DNA of 64,000 nucleotides from Nitrosopumilus sp. (GTDB taxonomy: Archaea; Thermoproteota; Nitrososphaeria; Nitrososphaerales; Nitrosopumilaceae). The stretch is from positions 1,974,536-2,038,535 of the forward strand of contig OZ241981.1 of assembly GCA_965204345.1 (NCBI GenBank), given 5' to 3'. Positions 49,569 to 59,627 of the stretch are shown one piece after another (within the stretch, counting starts at the first letter, position 1; the number at the start of each line of letters is the position of its first letter). A model generated the notes under the pieces. The model had not been told where the DNA came from and did not search any database. It was given only the letters and a program-made list of their open reading frames with translations. A program made the translations under genes and the position numbers.

Positions 49569-52187
49569 TTGTTTCTTGTTAGTGGGATAGCACTTGTTTT
49601 GTTGGTATTATGTGCGTTGCCATCAATTGTATTTGCCGAAAATCTTCATGATTTTTATGTTTTCGAGTCTGACAGTGAGAATAACTGTACGTGGGATTCA
49701 GAGTCTAGTTTTTTGGACAAATCTCTGAATATGAATAGTGATGATGATGATGATGATAGCGATTTTACCTATAGTTATTTTTCCAGCAGTGATGCCACAG
49801 AAACAGCAGTTCTTGAGTGCCGTTTTTCCAAGCCTGTGGATCTGTCTACGGGCCAAGGATTACGATTTTGGATGAATCTTGAAAATGTGGCTGGAATAAA
49901 TAAAAGTACTCATGAAGCATGGAGGGCTAATGCATTTTTGATCATGGTTGATGCAAATGATATACAGCGTCCTTTTTGGAATTTGCCACAGTGGTTTGGT
50001 TTAGAAGATGGCACTTGGGCAAAAGTTATTGTAGATCCCTCCAATTACGTTCAAAATAAACCTGGCTTTGATCCTGGCAATGTCAAGTCTCTTAGAATTA
50101 CATTTGTAAACGGAGGGGACTCTTATTCCCAGACCACGCTCATTACAGATGCAGAGGTAGTGCCTGGATTATTTGACAGCAAAATAGGTTCAGACAGGTC
50201 GAATTTTAAAAACGAGATACTGACATCCATGATTGTTTATTTGTCGTCTTCAGTTATTATGGGGTATTTTCTATTAAAAATTATCCGATACAAGCTGAAT
50301 TTTGGATTTGTAATTAATTTTTCCCTGTACTCTGCCTTTGGCTTGGTATTGCTGATTCTTTTGGCGATTTTTCTGGCAATGCTTCACTTTACACAGACTA
50401 CTGTTCTGACAGCCTTCTTTTCGTTTATGATGGTTGGCTCTTACTTGATTTTCAGAGACAGAGCTAAAATTCTGTCTGAAATTAAAAATGAAAAAGTTCT
50501 TCCAAATCTGATTGCAGGCATACTCATAATTCTGTCACTGACTCACTTTTTTATAATTGCAGAAAATATGAACTGGCCGCCTGTTGTTGATCCGCAATAC
50601 CATGGTCACGCTTCGCAATTTATAATGTATCATACGAGTGTGTTTAACAATAATTGGCCATTTTTTGATTTGCCATATGGAATGACAGTTTATCCTCAGG
50701 GATTTCATGCTTTGACTGCATTTTTTTCTTTGATTACAAACGTCATGCTGCCAATATCCCAATATGCCGTCACAGTAACAATTGTTGCACTCTTGCCGCC
50801 CATCTGTTTTTCAATAATATACAAAAAAACCAAATCGTATTACTTGGCAAGCATTGCATTTGGAGCATTGTTTTTTATTCCAGGAAATGAAGTAGGTTAT
50901 TTTGTAATTTCTCATGATGTACTACTTACTATATTCTCTACAGGAACTTTTGTATTTGCTACATTTACTTGCATACTTTTGCTTTTTATCAGCATAGTTA
51001 TTAATAATAAAAATAATTCTAATTTTATTATTTATTCGCTATTGTCAGTTGTAATATTTATCACATATACTATCATGATCGTTCCCTTTGTTTTGTTTAT
51101 AATTATTAAATTAATACTCTTAAAATCCCCCATAAACTCCAAAACAAATGGACTGCGAGTCGGGAAATTTAAGATAAAAAACTATATGCTTATTTTACGA
51201 TTGGCGTTAATTATTTTGGTAGTAACATCAGGCGCATCACTGGTTTATTTTGCAGATGAATTGCAGAAGAAACATAATCTTGATATCGACTATGTTTGGC
51301 TATTATTCGAAGAGATGGACATATACAACATAGATTCTATATATTTTCCTTATTTTATTTTATTACTAGGGGGGGTTCTTTCTGCAATTTGGTTGTTTAA
51401 ATCCAATCTAGAGTTTAGTTTATTTTTGATTGTAATGTTTTCCCTAGTGTTTGGAATAATATCAAATAAAGTAATTTTTGAAAATCTTTTCTGGTTTATG
51501 TATCCTGACAGACTTGTTTTACTAGGAGCTATCATCTCTCAAATAGGAATAATTTTAGCAGGGGTTGATATTTTTGATAAACTTGTAACTAGGTTTAACA
51601 AACGCAAAATTTCATTACGTTCAAAATCAGTCTTGTCCATAGCGATTTGCTCGTTGGTTTTTATTGCACTAATTCCAAGTCTTGATACTCATATTTCATA
51701 CGAGTATGACGATGATTTGCTAGGATATTTACCTACAAGCAATGAATTAAAAGTGATGGGTTGGATGAATGACAATCTTGATTCAAATACAACCATCCTT
51801 GAGGATAGAACTGGTGAAGGAATGTGGCTTTCATCAATAAAGATATTTGATATAACTAATAACAGAGAAATGTGGAGAAAAATACACAGTAGTGTTGTGT
51901 TAGATGATACATTTCTAAAAGAGAGAGCATATGAGGCTAACCTTGTATTACACCATCCCGGAGACATGAAAATGATGGAAATATTGGACAAGTATGGTAT
52001 TGAATATGTGTTGATTACAGGCGGTAATCCGAGAGACAGACAACAATCGGATGTGTACCAGCTTCTACCAGTATTTCCAGCTCTTCACATAAGTACTTCT
52101 GAACGAATAGCCCTCTTTGAGGATAATCCTCAATTGCAATTAGTCATTAGAGAAGGTGAAGCTGCCTTATTCAAAGTGAAAACATAG
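49569..52187 (+). CDS. Putative CBM + GT-C membrane glycosyltransferase, copy R3
   Basis: 872 aa; PVVDPQ, DIDYVW, KLVTRFNKRK, NPRDRQQSDVYQ. Confidence 0.7.
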   Translation: MFLVSGIALVLLVLCALPSIVFAENLHDFYVFESDSENNCTWDSESSFLDKSLNMNSDDDDDDSDFTYSYFSSSDATETAVLECRFSKPVDLSTGQGLRFWMNLENVAGINKSTHEAWRANAFLIMVDANDIQRPFWNLPQWFGLEDGTWAKVIVDPSNYVQNKPGFDPGNVKSLRITFVNGGDSYSQTTLITDAEVVPGLFDSKIGSDRSNFKNEILTSMIVYLSSSVIMGYFLLKIIRYKLNFGFVINFSLYSAFGLVLLILLAIFLAMLHFTQTTVLTAFFSFMMVGSYLIFRDRAKILSEIKNEKVLPNLIAGILIILSLTHFFIIAENMNWPPVVDPQYHGHASQFIMYHTSVFNNNWPFFDLPYGMTVYPQGFHALTAFFSLITNVMLPISQYAVTVTIVALLPPICFSIIYKKTKSYYLASIAFGALFFIPGNEVGYFVISHDVLLTIFSTGTFVFATFTCILLLFISIVINNKNNSNFIIYSLLSVVIFITYTIMIVPFVLFIIIKLILLKSPINSKTNGLRVGKFKIKNYMLILRLALIILVVTSGASLVYFADELQKKHNLDIDYVWLLFEEMDIYNIDSIYFPYFILLLGGVLSAIWLFKSNLEFSLFLIVMFSLVFGIISNKVIFENLFWFMYPDRLVLLGAIISQIGIILAGVDIFDKLVTRFNKRKISLRSKSVLSIAICSLVFIALIPSLDTHISYEYDDDLLGYLPTSNELKVMGWMNDNLDSNTTILEDRTGEGMWLSSIKIFDITNNREMWRKIHSSVVLDDTFLKERAYEANLVLHHPGDMKMMEILDKYGIEYVLITGGNPRDRQQSDVYQLLPVFPALHISTSERIALFEDNPQLQLVIREGEAALFKVKT

Positions 52188-52220
52188 ACAGCAGTACGCG
52201 CTGCCAATACAGAAGAATTT

Positions 52221-52973
52221 TTATTTCTTGATTACTTTGAACAGTCCCAATGCCAATAAAATTGTCAGTATGCCAATGATTAAATTCCAGAGAAATGTGT
52301 TTTTTGGTTCTTGTATTTCAACGGTTCCCACAACCTGTACATTATTATCAAGACTATCCTGCGAAAGTATGGTGAAGTTTTTTATTCCAGAAGTTTGTGC
52401 TGGATGGACCAAAATGACTGATTTGAATGGGGGAATCCCGCTGTCGGGATTTACGGATATTTCTTTGAAATCATTTTGCTCATAAACAACGTCTAGTTGT
52501 ATCATGGGAGTGGCAGCAGCAGAGGTGGAATCCAAAGAGATCGGGTTTATCTCAAGCAGAAACGGCGCATCTTGCTCGTTTGTAATAGCTCTTTTTTGAG
52601 GAATTAAATCCAATGCAAACTCGTTTGAATTTTTCCCAAGCGATGTTTTTGACAGTGCAATATCATCCAAATGAAGACGGTCAGTTCCACTGGCAAGAAA
52701 CGTTATTTTGGACGCAGTGCTACTTGCTTGAACAAACAGGGTTTCCTCTTGCCAACTCTCACCATTCCAGTTTATGATCCATTTTAACTGATCAGAGCCA
52801 AACAGGCCAAAGCGATTCTTGTCATATTCAAGAATTTTTAACTTTTCAAAATCACTGCCTCCTATCAGATTATCTTGAAGATTCGCATAACTGGGTTGAA
52901 CAACAATAATGCTAATAACAACGACAACAAACCAGACCATCACAAAACAAGACATTATTTTAGTATAGGCCAT
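52221..52973 (-). CDS. 250-aa exported anchored protein, copy 6 (VVYEQ allele)
   Basis: Protein identical to copy 2. Confidence 0.8.
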   Translation of the reverse strand: MAYTKIMSCFVMVWFVVVVISIIVVQPSYANLQDNLIGGSDFEKLKILEYDKNRFGLFGSDQLKWIINWNGESWQEETLFVQASSTASKITFLASGTDRLHLDDIALSKTSLGKNSNEFALDLIPQKRAITNEQDAPFLLEINPISLDSTSAAATPMIQLDVVYEQNDFKEISVNPDSGIPPFKSVILVHPAQTSGIKNFTILSQDSLDNNVQVVGTVEIQEPKNTFLWNLIIGILTILLALGLFKVIKK

Positions 52974-53177
52974 CTATCTCTCACCCTATCAGATCTCTTT
53001 TTTTGTTTTTTTATAAATCATAACATATACGATGAGCAAAAATATTGCCTGCAAGATTGATGATGATATGACCCATGCTATTGACAATCAAAAATCTTCC
53101 ACGTAATTTTTTATTAAAAAACAAAATTCCTAATCTTATAAAGAAAAGATAAATAAACAAGAAAATTTTAGAATCTG

Positions 53178-55796
53178 TTGTTTCTTGTTAGTGGGATAGC
53201 ACTTGTTTTGTTGGTATTATGTGCGTTGCCATCAATTGTATTTGCCGAAAATCTTCATGATTTTTATGTTTTCGAGTCTGACAGTGAGAATAACTGTACG
53301 TGGGATTCAGAGTCTAGTTTTTTGGACAAATCTCTGAATATGAATAGTGATGATGATGATGATGATAGCGATTTTACCTATAGTTATTTTTCCAGCAGTG
53401 ATGCCACAGAAACAGCAGTTCTTGAGTGCCGTTTTTCCAAGCCTGTGGATCTGTCTACGGGCCAAGGATTACGATTTTGGATGAATCTTGAAAATGTGGC
53501 TGGAATAAATAAAAGTACTCATGAAGCATGGAGGGCTAATGCATTTTTGATCATGGTTGATGCAAATGATATACAGCGTCCTTTTTGGAATTTGCCACAG
53601 TGGTTTGGTTTAGAAGATGGCACTTGGGCAAAAGTTATTGTAGATCCCTCCAATTACGTTCAAAATAAACCTGGCTTTGATCCTGGCAATGTCAAGTCTC
53701 TTAGAATTACATTTGTAAACGGAGGGGACTCTTATTCCCAGACCACGCTCATTACAGATGCAGAGGTAGTGCCTGGATTATTTGACAGCAAAATAGGTTC
53801 AGACAGGTCGAATTTTAAAAACGAGATACTGACATCCATGATTGTTTATTTGTCGTCTTCAGTTATTATGGGGTATTTTCTATTAAAAATTATCCGATAC
53901 AAGCTGAATTTTGGATTTGTAATTAATTTTTCCCTGTACTCTGCCTTTGGCTTGGTATTGCTGATTCTTTTGGCGATTTTTCTGGCAATGCTTCACTTTA
54001 CACAGACTACTGTTCTGACAGCCTTCTTTTCGTTTATGATGGTTGGCTCTTACTTGATTTTCAGAGACAGAGCTAAAATTCTGTCTGAAATTAAAAATGA
54101 AAAAGTTCTTCCAAATCTGATTGCAGGCATACTCATAATTCTGTCACTGACTCACTTTTTTATAATTGCAGAAAATATGAACTGGCCGCCTGTTGTTGAT
54201 CCGCAATACCATGGTCACGCTTCGCAATTTATAATGTATCATACGAGTGTGTTTAACAATAATTGGCCATTTTTTGATTTGCCATATGGAATGACAGTTT
54301 ATCCTCAGGGATTTCATGCTTTGACTGCATTTTTTTCTTTGATTACAAACGTCATGCTGCCAATATCCCAATATGCCGTCACAGTAACAATTGTTGCACT
54401 CTTGCCGCCCATCTGTTTTTCAATAATATACAAAAAAACCAAATCGTATTACTTGGCAAGCATTGCATTTGGAGCATTGTTTTTTATTCCAGGAAATGAA
54501 GTAGGTTATTTTGTAATTTCTCATGATGTACTACTTACTATATTCTCTACAGGAACTTTTGTATTTGCTACATTTACTTGCATACTTTTGCTTTTTATCA
54601 GCATAGTTATTAATAATAAAAATAATTCTAATTTTATTATTTATTCGCTATTGTCAGTTGTAATATTTATCACATATACTATCATGATCGTTCCCTTTGT
54701 TTTGTTTATAATTATTAAATTAATACTCTTAAAATCCCCCATAAACTCCAAAACAAATGGACTGCGAGTCGGGAAATTTAAGATAAAAAACTATATGCTT
54801 ATTTTACGATTGGCGTTAATTATTTTGGTAGTAACATCAGGCGCATCACTGGTTTATTTTGCAGATGAATTGCAGAAGAAACATAATCTTGATATCGACT
54901 ATGTTTGGCTATTATTCGAAGAGATGGACATATACAACATAGATTCTATATATTTTCCTTATTTTATTTTATTACTAGGGGGGGTTCTTTCTGCAATTTG
55001 GTTGTTTAAATCCAATCTAGAGTTTAGTTTATTTTTGATTGTAATGTTTTCCCTAGTGTTTGGAATAATATCAAATAAAGTAATTTTTGAAAATCTTTTC
55101 TGGTTTATGTATCCTGACAGACTTGTTTTACTAGGAGCTATCATCTCTCAAATAGGAATAATTTTAGCAGGGGTTGATATTTTTGATAAACTTGTAACTA
55201 GGTTTAACAAACGCAAAATTTCATTACGTTCAAAATCAGTCTTGTCCATAGCGATTTGCTCGTTGGTTTTTATTGCACTAATTCCAAGTCTTGATACTCA
55301 TATTTCATACGAGTATGACGATGATTTGCTAGGATATTTACCTACAAGCAATGAATTAAAAGTGATGGGTTGGATGAATGACAATCTTGATTCAAATACA
55401 ACCATCCTTGAGGATAGAACTGGTGAAGGAATGTGGCTTTCATCAATAAAGATATTTGATATAACTAATAACAGAGAAATGTGGAGAAAAATACACAGTA
55501 GTGTTGTGTTAGATGATACATTTCTAAAAGAGAGAGCATATGAGGCTAACCTTGTATTACACCATCCCGGAGACATGAAAATGATGGAAATATTGGACAA
55601 GTATGGTATTGAATATGTGTTGATTACAGGCGGTAATCCGAGAGACAGACAACAATCGGATGTGTACCAGCTTCTACCAGTATTTCCAGCTCTTCACATA
55701 AGTACTTCTGAACGAATAGCCCTCTTTGAGGATAATCCTCAATTGCAATTAGTCATTAGAGAAGGTGAAGCTGCCTTATTCAAAGTGAAAACATAG
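53178..55796 (+). CDS. Putative CBM + GT-C membrane glycosyltransferase, copy R4
   Basis: Protein appears identical to R3. Confidence 0.65.
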   Translation: MFLVSGIALVLLVLCALPSIVFAENLHDFYVFESDSENNCTWDSESSFLDKSLNMNSDDDDDDSDFTYSYFSSSDATETAVLECRFSKPVDLSTGQGLRFWMNLENVAGINKSTHEAWRANAFLIMVDANDIQRPFWNLPQWFGLEDGTWAKVIVDPSNYVQNKPGFDPGNVKSLRITFVNGGDSYSQTTLITDAEVVPGLFDSKIGSDRSNFKNEILTSMIVYLSSSVIMGYFLLKIIRYKLNFGFVINFSLYSAFGLVLLILLAIFLAMLHFTQTTVLTAFFSFMMVGSYLIFRDRAKILSEIKNEKVLPNLIAGILIILSLTHFFIIAENMNWPPVVDPQYHGHASQFIMYHTSVFNNNWPFFDLPYGMTVYPQGFHALTAFFSLITNVMLPISQYAVTVTIVALLPPICFSIIYKKTKSYYLASIAFGALFFIPGNEVGYFVISHDVLLTIFSTGTFVFATFTCILLLFISIVINNKNNSNFIIYSLLSVVIFITYTIMIVPFVLFIIIKLILLKSPINSKTNGLRVGKFKIKNYMLILRLALIILVVTSGASLVYFADELQKKHNLDIDYVWLLFEEMDIYNIDSIYFPYFILLLGGVLSAIWLFKSNLEFSLFLIVMFSLVFGIISNKVIFENLFWFMYPDRLVLLGAIISQIGIILAGVDIFDKLVTRFNKRKISLRSKSVLSIAICSLVFIALIPSLDTHISYEYDDDLLGYLPTSNELKVMGWMNDNLDSNTTILEDRTGEGMWLSSIKIFDITNNREMWRKIHSSVVLDDTFLKERAYEANLVLHHPGDMKMMEILDKYGIEYVLITGGNPRDRQQSDVYQLLPVFPALHISTSERIALFEDNPQLQLVIREGEAALFKVKT

Positions 55797-55829
55797 ACAG
55801 CAGTACGCGCTGCCAATACAGAAGAATTT

Positions 55830-56582
55830 TTATTTCTTGATTACTTTGAACAGTCCCAATGCCAATAAAATTGTCAGTATGCCAATGATTAAATTCCAGA
55901 GAAATGTGTTTTTTGGTTCTTGTATTTCAACGGTTCCCACAACCTGTACATTATTATCAAGACTATCCTGCGAAAGTATGGTGAAGTTTTTTATTCCAGA
56001 AGTTTGTGCTGGATGGACCAAAATGACTGATTTGAATGGGGGAATCCCGCTGTCGGGATTTACGGATATTTCTTTGAAATCATTTTGCTCATAAACAACG
56101 TCTAGTTGTATCATGGGAGTGGCAGCAGCAGAGGTGGAATCCAAAGAGATCGGGTTTATCTCAAGCAGAAACGGCGCATCTTGCTCGTTTGTAATAGCTC
56201 TTTTTTGAGGAATTAAATCCAATGCAAACTCGTTTGAATTTTTCCCAAGCGATGTTTTTGACAGTGCAATATCATCCAAATGAAGACGGTCAGTTCCACT
56301 GGCAAGAAACGTTATTTTGGACGCAGTGCTACTTGCTTGAACAAACAGGGTTTCCTCTTGCCAACTCTCACCATTCCAGTTTATGATCCATTTTAACTGA
56401 TCAGAGCCAAACAGGCCAAAGCGATTCTTGTCATATTCAAGAATTTTTAACTTTTCAAAATCACTGCCTCCTATCAGATTATCTTGAAGATTCGCATAAC
56501 TGGGTTGAACAACAATAATGCTAATAACAACGACAACAAACCAGACCATCACAAAACAAGACATTATTTTAGTATAGGCCAT
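55830..56582 (-). CDS. 250-aa exported anchored protein, copy 7 (VVYEQ allele)
   Basis: Protein identical to copy 2. Confidence 0.8.
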   Translation of the reverse strand: MAYTKIMSCFVMVWFVVVVISIIVVQPSYANLQDNLIGGSDFEKLKILEYDKNRFGLFGSDQLKWIINWNGESWQEETLFVQASSTASKITFLASGTDRLHLDDIALSKTSLGKNSNEFALDLIPQKRAITNEQDAPFLLEINPISLDSTSAAATPMIQLDVVYEQNDFKEISVNPDSGIPPFKSVILVHPAQTSGIKNFTILSQDSLDNNVQVVGTVEIQEPKNTFLWNLIIGILTILLALGLFKVIKK

Positions 56583-56786
56583 CTATCTCTCACCCTATCA
56601 GATCTCTTTTTTTGTTTTTTTATAAATCATAACATATACGATGAGCAAAAATATTGCCTGCAAGATTGATGATGATATGACCCATGCTATTGACAATCAA
56701 AAATCTTCCACGTAATTTTTTATTAAAAAACAAAATTCCTAATCTTATAAAGAAAAGATAAATAAACAAGAAAATTTTAGAATCTG

Positions 56787-59405
56787 TTGTTTCTTGTTAG
56801 TGGGATAGCACTTGTTTTGTTGGTATTATGTGCGTTGCCATCAATTGTATTTGCCGAAAATCTTCATGATTTTTATGTTTTCGAGTCTGACAGTGAGAAT
56901 AACTGTACGTGGGATTCAGAGTCTAGTTTTTTGGACAAATCTCTGAATATGAATAGTGATGATGATGATGATGATAGCGATTTTACCTATAGTTATTTTT
57001 CCAGCAGTGATGCCACAGAAACAGCAGTTCTTGAGTGCCGTTTTTCCAAGCCTGTGGATCTGTCTACGGGCCAAGGATTACGATTTTGGATGAATCTTGA
57101 AAATGTGGCTGGAATAAATAAAAGTACTCCTGAAGCATGGAGGGCTAATGCATTTTTGATCATGGTTGATGCAAATGATATACAGCGTCCTTTTTGGAAT
57201 TTGCCACAGTGGTTTGGTTTAGAAGATGGCACTTGGGCAAAAGTTATTGTAGATCCCTCCAATTACGCTCTAAATAAACCTGGCTTTGATCCTGGCAATG
57301 TCAAGTCTCTTAGAATTACATTTGTAAACGGAGGGGACTCTTATTCCCAGACCACGCTCATTACAGATGCAGAGGTAGTGCCTGGATTATTTGACAGCAA
57401 AATAGGTTCAGACAGGTCGAATTTTAAAAACGAGATACTGACATCCATGATTGTTTATTTGTCGTCTTCAGTTATTATGGGGTATTTTCTATTAAAAATT
57501 ATCCGATACAAGCTGAATTTTGGATTTGTAATTAATTTTTCCCTGTACTCTGCCTTTGGCTTGGTATTGCTGATTCTTTTGGCGATTTTTCTGGCAATGC
57601 TTCACTTTACACAGACTACTGTTCTGACAGCCTTCTTTTCGTTTATGATGGTTGGCTCTTACTTGATTTTCAGAGACAGAGCTAAAATTCTGTCTGAAAT
57701 TAAAAATGAAAAAGTTCTTCCAAATCTGATTGCAGGCATACTCATAATTCTGTCACTGATTCACTTTTTTATAATTGCAGAAAATATGAGATGGCCGCCT
57801 GTTATTGATCCGCAATACCATGGTCACGCTTCGCAATTTATAATGTATCATACGAGTGTGTTTAACAATAATTGGCCATTTTTTGATTTGCCATATGGAA
57901 TGACAGTTTATCCTCAGGGATTTCATGCTTTGACTGCATTTTTTTCTTTGATTACAAACGTCATGCTGCCAATATCCCAATATGCCGTCACAGCAACAAT
58001 TGTTGCACTCTTGCCGCCCATCTGTTTTTCAATAATATACAAAAAAACCAAATCGTATTACTTGGCAAGCATTGCATTTGGAGCATTGTTTTTTATTCCA
58101 GGAAATGAAGTAGGTTATTTTGTAATTTCTCATGATGTACTACTTACTCCATTATCTACAGGAACTTTTGTATTTGCTACATTTACTTGCATACTTTTGC
58201 TTTTTATCAGCATAGTTATTAATAATAAAAATAATTCTAATTTTATTATTTATTCGCTATTGTCAGTTGTAATATTTATCACATATACTATCATGATCGT
58301 TCCCTTTGTTTTGTTTATAATTATTAAATTAATACTCTTAAAATCCCCCATAAACTCCAAAACAAATGGACTGCGAGTCGGGAAATTTAAGATAAAAAAC
58401 TATATGCTTATTTTACGATTGGCGTTAATTATTTTGGTAGTAACATCAGGCGCATCACTGGTTTATTTTGCAGATGAATTGCAGAAGATAAATAATCTTC
58501 TTATCGACTATTTTTGGCTATTATTCGAAGAGATGGACATATACAACATGGATTCTATATATTTTCCTTATTTTATTTTATTACTAGGGGGGGTTCTTTC
58601 TGCAATTTGGTTGTTTAAATCCAATCTAGAGTTTAGTTTATTTTTGATTGTAATGTTTTCCCTAGTGTTTGGAATAATATCAAATAAAGTAATTTACGAG
58701 AATCTTTTCTGGTTTATGTATCCTGACAGACTTGTTTTACTAGGAGCTATCATCTCTCAAATAGGAATAATTTTAGCAGGGGTTGATATTTTTGATAAAC
58801 TTGCAACTAGGTTTAACAAACGCGAAATTTCATTACGTTCAAAATCAGTCTTGTCCATAGCGATTTGCTCGTTGGTTTTTATTGCACTAATTCCAAGTCT
58901 TGATACTCATATTTCATACGAGTATGACGATGATTTGCTAGGATATTTACCTACAAGCAATGAATTAAAAGTGATGGGTTGGATGAATGACAATCTTGAT
59001 TCAAATACAACCATCCTTGAGGATAGAACTGGTGAAGGAATGTGGCTTTCATCAATAAAGATATTTGATATAACTAATAACAGAGAAATGTGGAGAAAAA
59101 TACACAGTAGTGTTGTGTTAGATGATACATTTCTAAAAGAGAGAGCATATGAGGCTAACCTTGTATTACACCATCCCGGAGACATGAAAATGATGGAAAT
59201 ATTGGACAAGTATGGTATTGAATATGTGTTAATTACAGGCGGTAATCCTCTAGACAGACAACAAGCGGGACGGCCACAGCTTCTACCAGTATTTCCAGCT
59301 CTTCACATAAGTACTTCTGAACGAATAGCCCTCTTTGAGGATAATCCTCAATTGCAATTAGTCATTAGAGAAGGTGAAGCTGCCTTATTCAAAGTGAAAA
59401 CATAG
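56787..59405 (+). CDS. Putative CBM + GT-C membrane glycosyltransferase, copy R5
   Basis: 872 aa; MRWPPVIDPQ, KINNLLIDYF, NPLDRQQAGRPQ. Confidence 0.7.
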   Translation: MFLVSGIALVLLVLCALPSIVFAENLHDFYVFESDSENNCTWDSESSFLDKSLNMNSDDDDDDSDFTYSYFSSSDATETAVLECRFSKPVDLSTGQGLRFWMNLENVAGINKSTPEAWRANAFLIMVDANDIQRPFWNLPQWFGLEDGTWAKVIVDPSNYALNKPGFDPGNVKSLRITFVNGGDSYSQTTLITDAEVVPGLFDSKIGSDRSNFKNEILTSMIVYLSSSVIMGYFLLKIIRYKLNFGFVINFSLYSAFGLVLLILLAIFLAMLHFTQTTVLTAFFSFMMVGSYLIFRDRAKILSEIKNEKVLPNLIAGILIILSLIHFFIIAENMRWPPVIDPQYHGHASQFIMYHTSVFNNNWPFFDLPYGMTVYPQGFHALTAFFSLITNVMLPISQYAVTATIVALLPPICFSIIYKKTKSYYLASIAFGALFFIPGNEVGYFVISHDVLLTPLSTGTFVFATFTCILLLFISIVINNKNNSNFIIYSLLSVVIFITYTIMIVPFVLFIIIKLILLKSPINSKTNGLRVGKFKIKNYMLILRLALIILVVTSGASLVYFADELQKINNLLIDYFWLLFEEMDIYNMDSIYFPYFILLLGGVLSAIWLFKSNLEFSLFLIVMFSLVFGIISNKVIYENLFWFMYPDRLVLLGAIISQIGIILAGVDIFDKLATRFNKREISLRSKSVLSIAICSLVFIALIPSLDTHISYEYDDDLLGYLPTSNELKVMGWMNDNLDSNTTILEDRTGEGMWLSSIKIFDITNNREMWRKIHSSVVLDDTFLKERAYEANLVLHHPGDMKMMEILDKYGIEYVLITGGNPLDRQQAGRPQLLPVFPALHISTSERIALFEDNPQLQLVIREGEAALFKVKT

Positions 59406-59438
59406 ACAGCAGTACGCGCTGCCAATACAGAAGAATTT

Positions 59439-59587
59439 TTATTTCTTGATTACTTTGAACAGTCCCAATGCCAATAAAATTGTCAGTATGCCAATGATTA
59501 AATTCCAGAGAAATGTGTTTTTTGGTTCTTGTATTTCAACGGTTCCCACAACCTGTACATTATTGTCACGATTATCATGCGAAAATA
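59439..59587 (-). pseudogene. 3' remnant of the 250-aa anchored protein
   Basis: Only the C-terminal ~49 codons remain; FSHDNRDNN is diverged from LSQDSLDNN, then homology stops. Confidence 0.8.
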
Positions 59588-59627
59588 ACATCCAAATAAT
59601 GCGATTTACGTGAAAAGACAAACTGTG

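Larger units (their letters stand above)
42251..59587. repeat. Right arm: five copies of the same unit in inverted orientation (last partner gene truncated)
   Basis: Large-ORF starts 42279, 45960, 49569, 53178, 56787 (spacing 3681, then 3609 three times). Confidence 0.97.

Noticed and set aside
31015-59209. Recurrent short antisense ORFs in each unit (61, 75, 83-85 and 100 aa)
   Set aside because: Shadows of the real genes; they recur only because the unit is repeated.
31004-59587. Diversity-generating retroelement as the source of the hypervariable segments
   Set aside because: No reverse transcriptase or separate template repeat in the window, and differences include non-adenine changes (e.g. 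TCG/TCT/GCG, CCG/CCT, GTG/CGG) spread over several distant hotspots.
31004-59587. Whole array as a pure assembly artefact
   Set aside because: Copies differ by clustered frame-preserving changes, R1 has a unique cassette, and the centre and both ends have unique or diverged junctions. Copy number (R3/R4) still needs read support.
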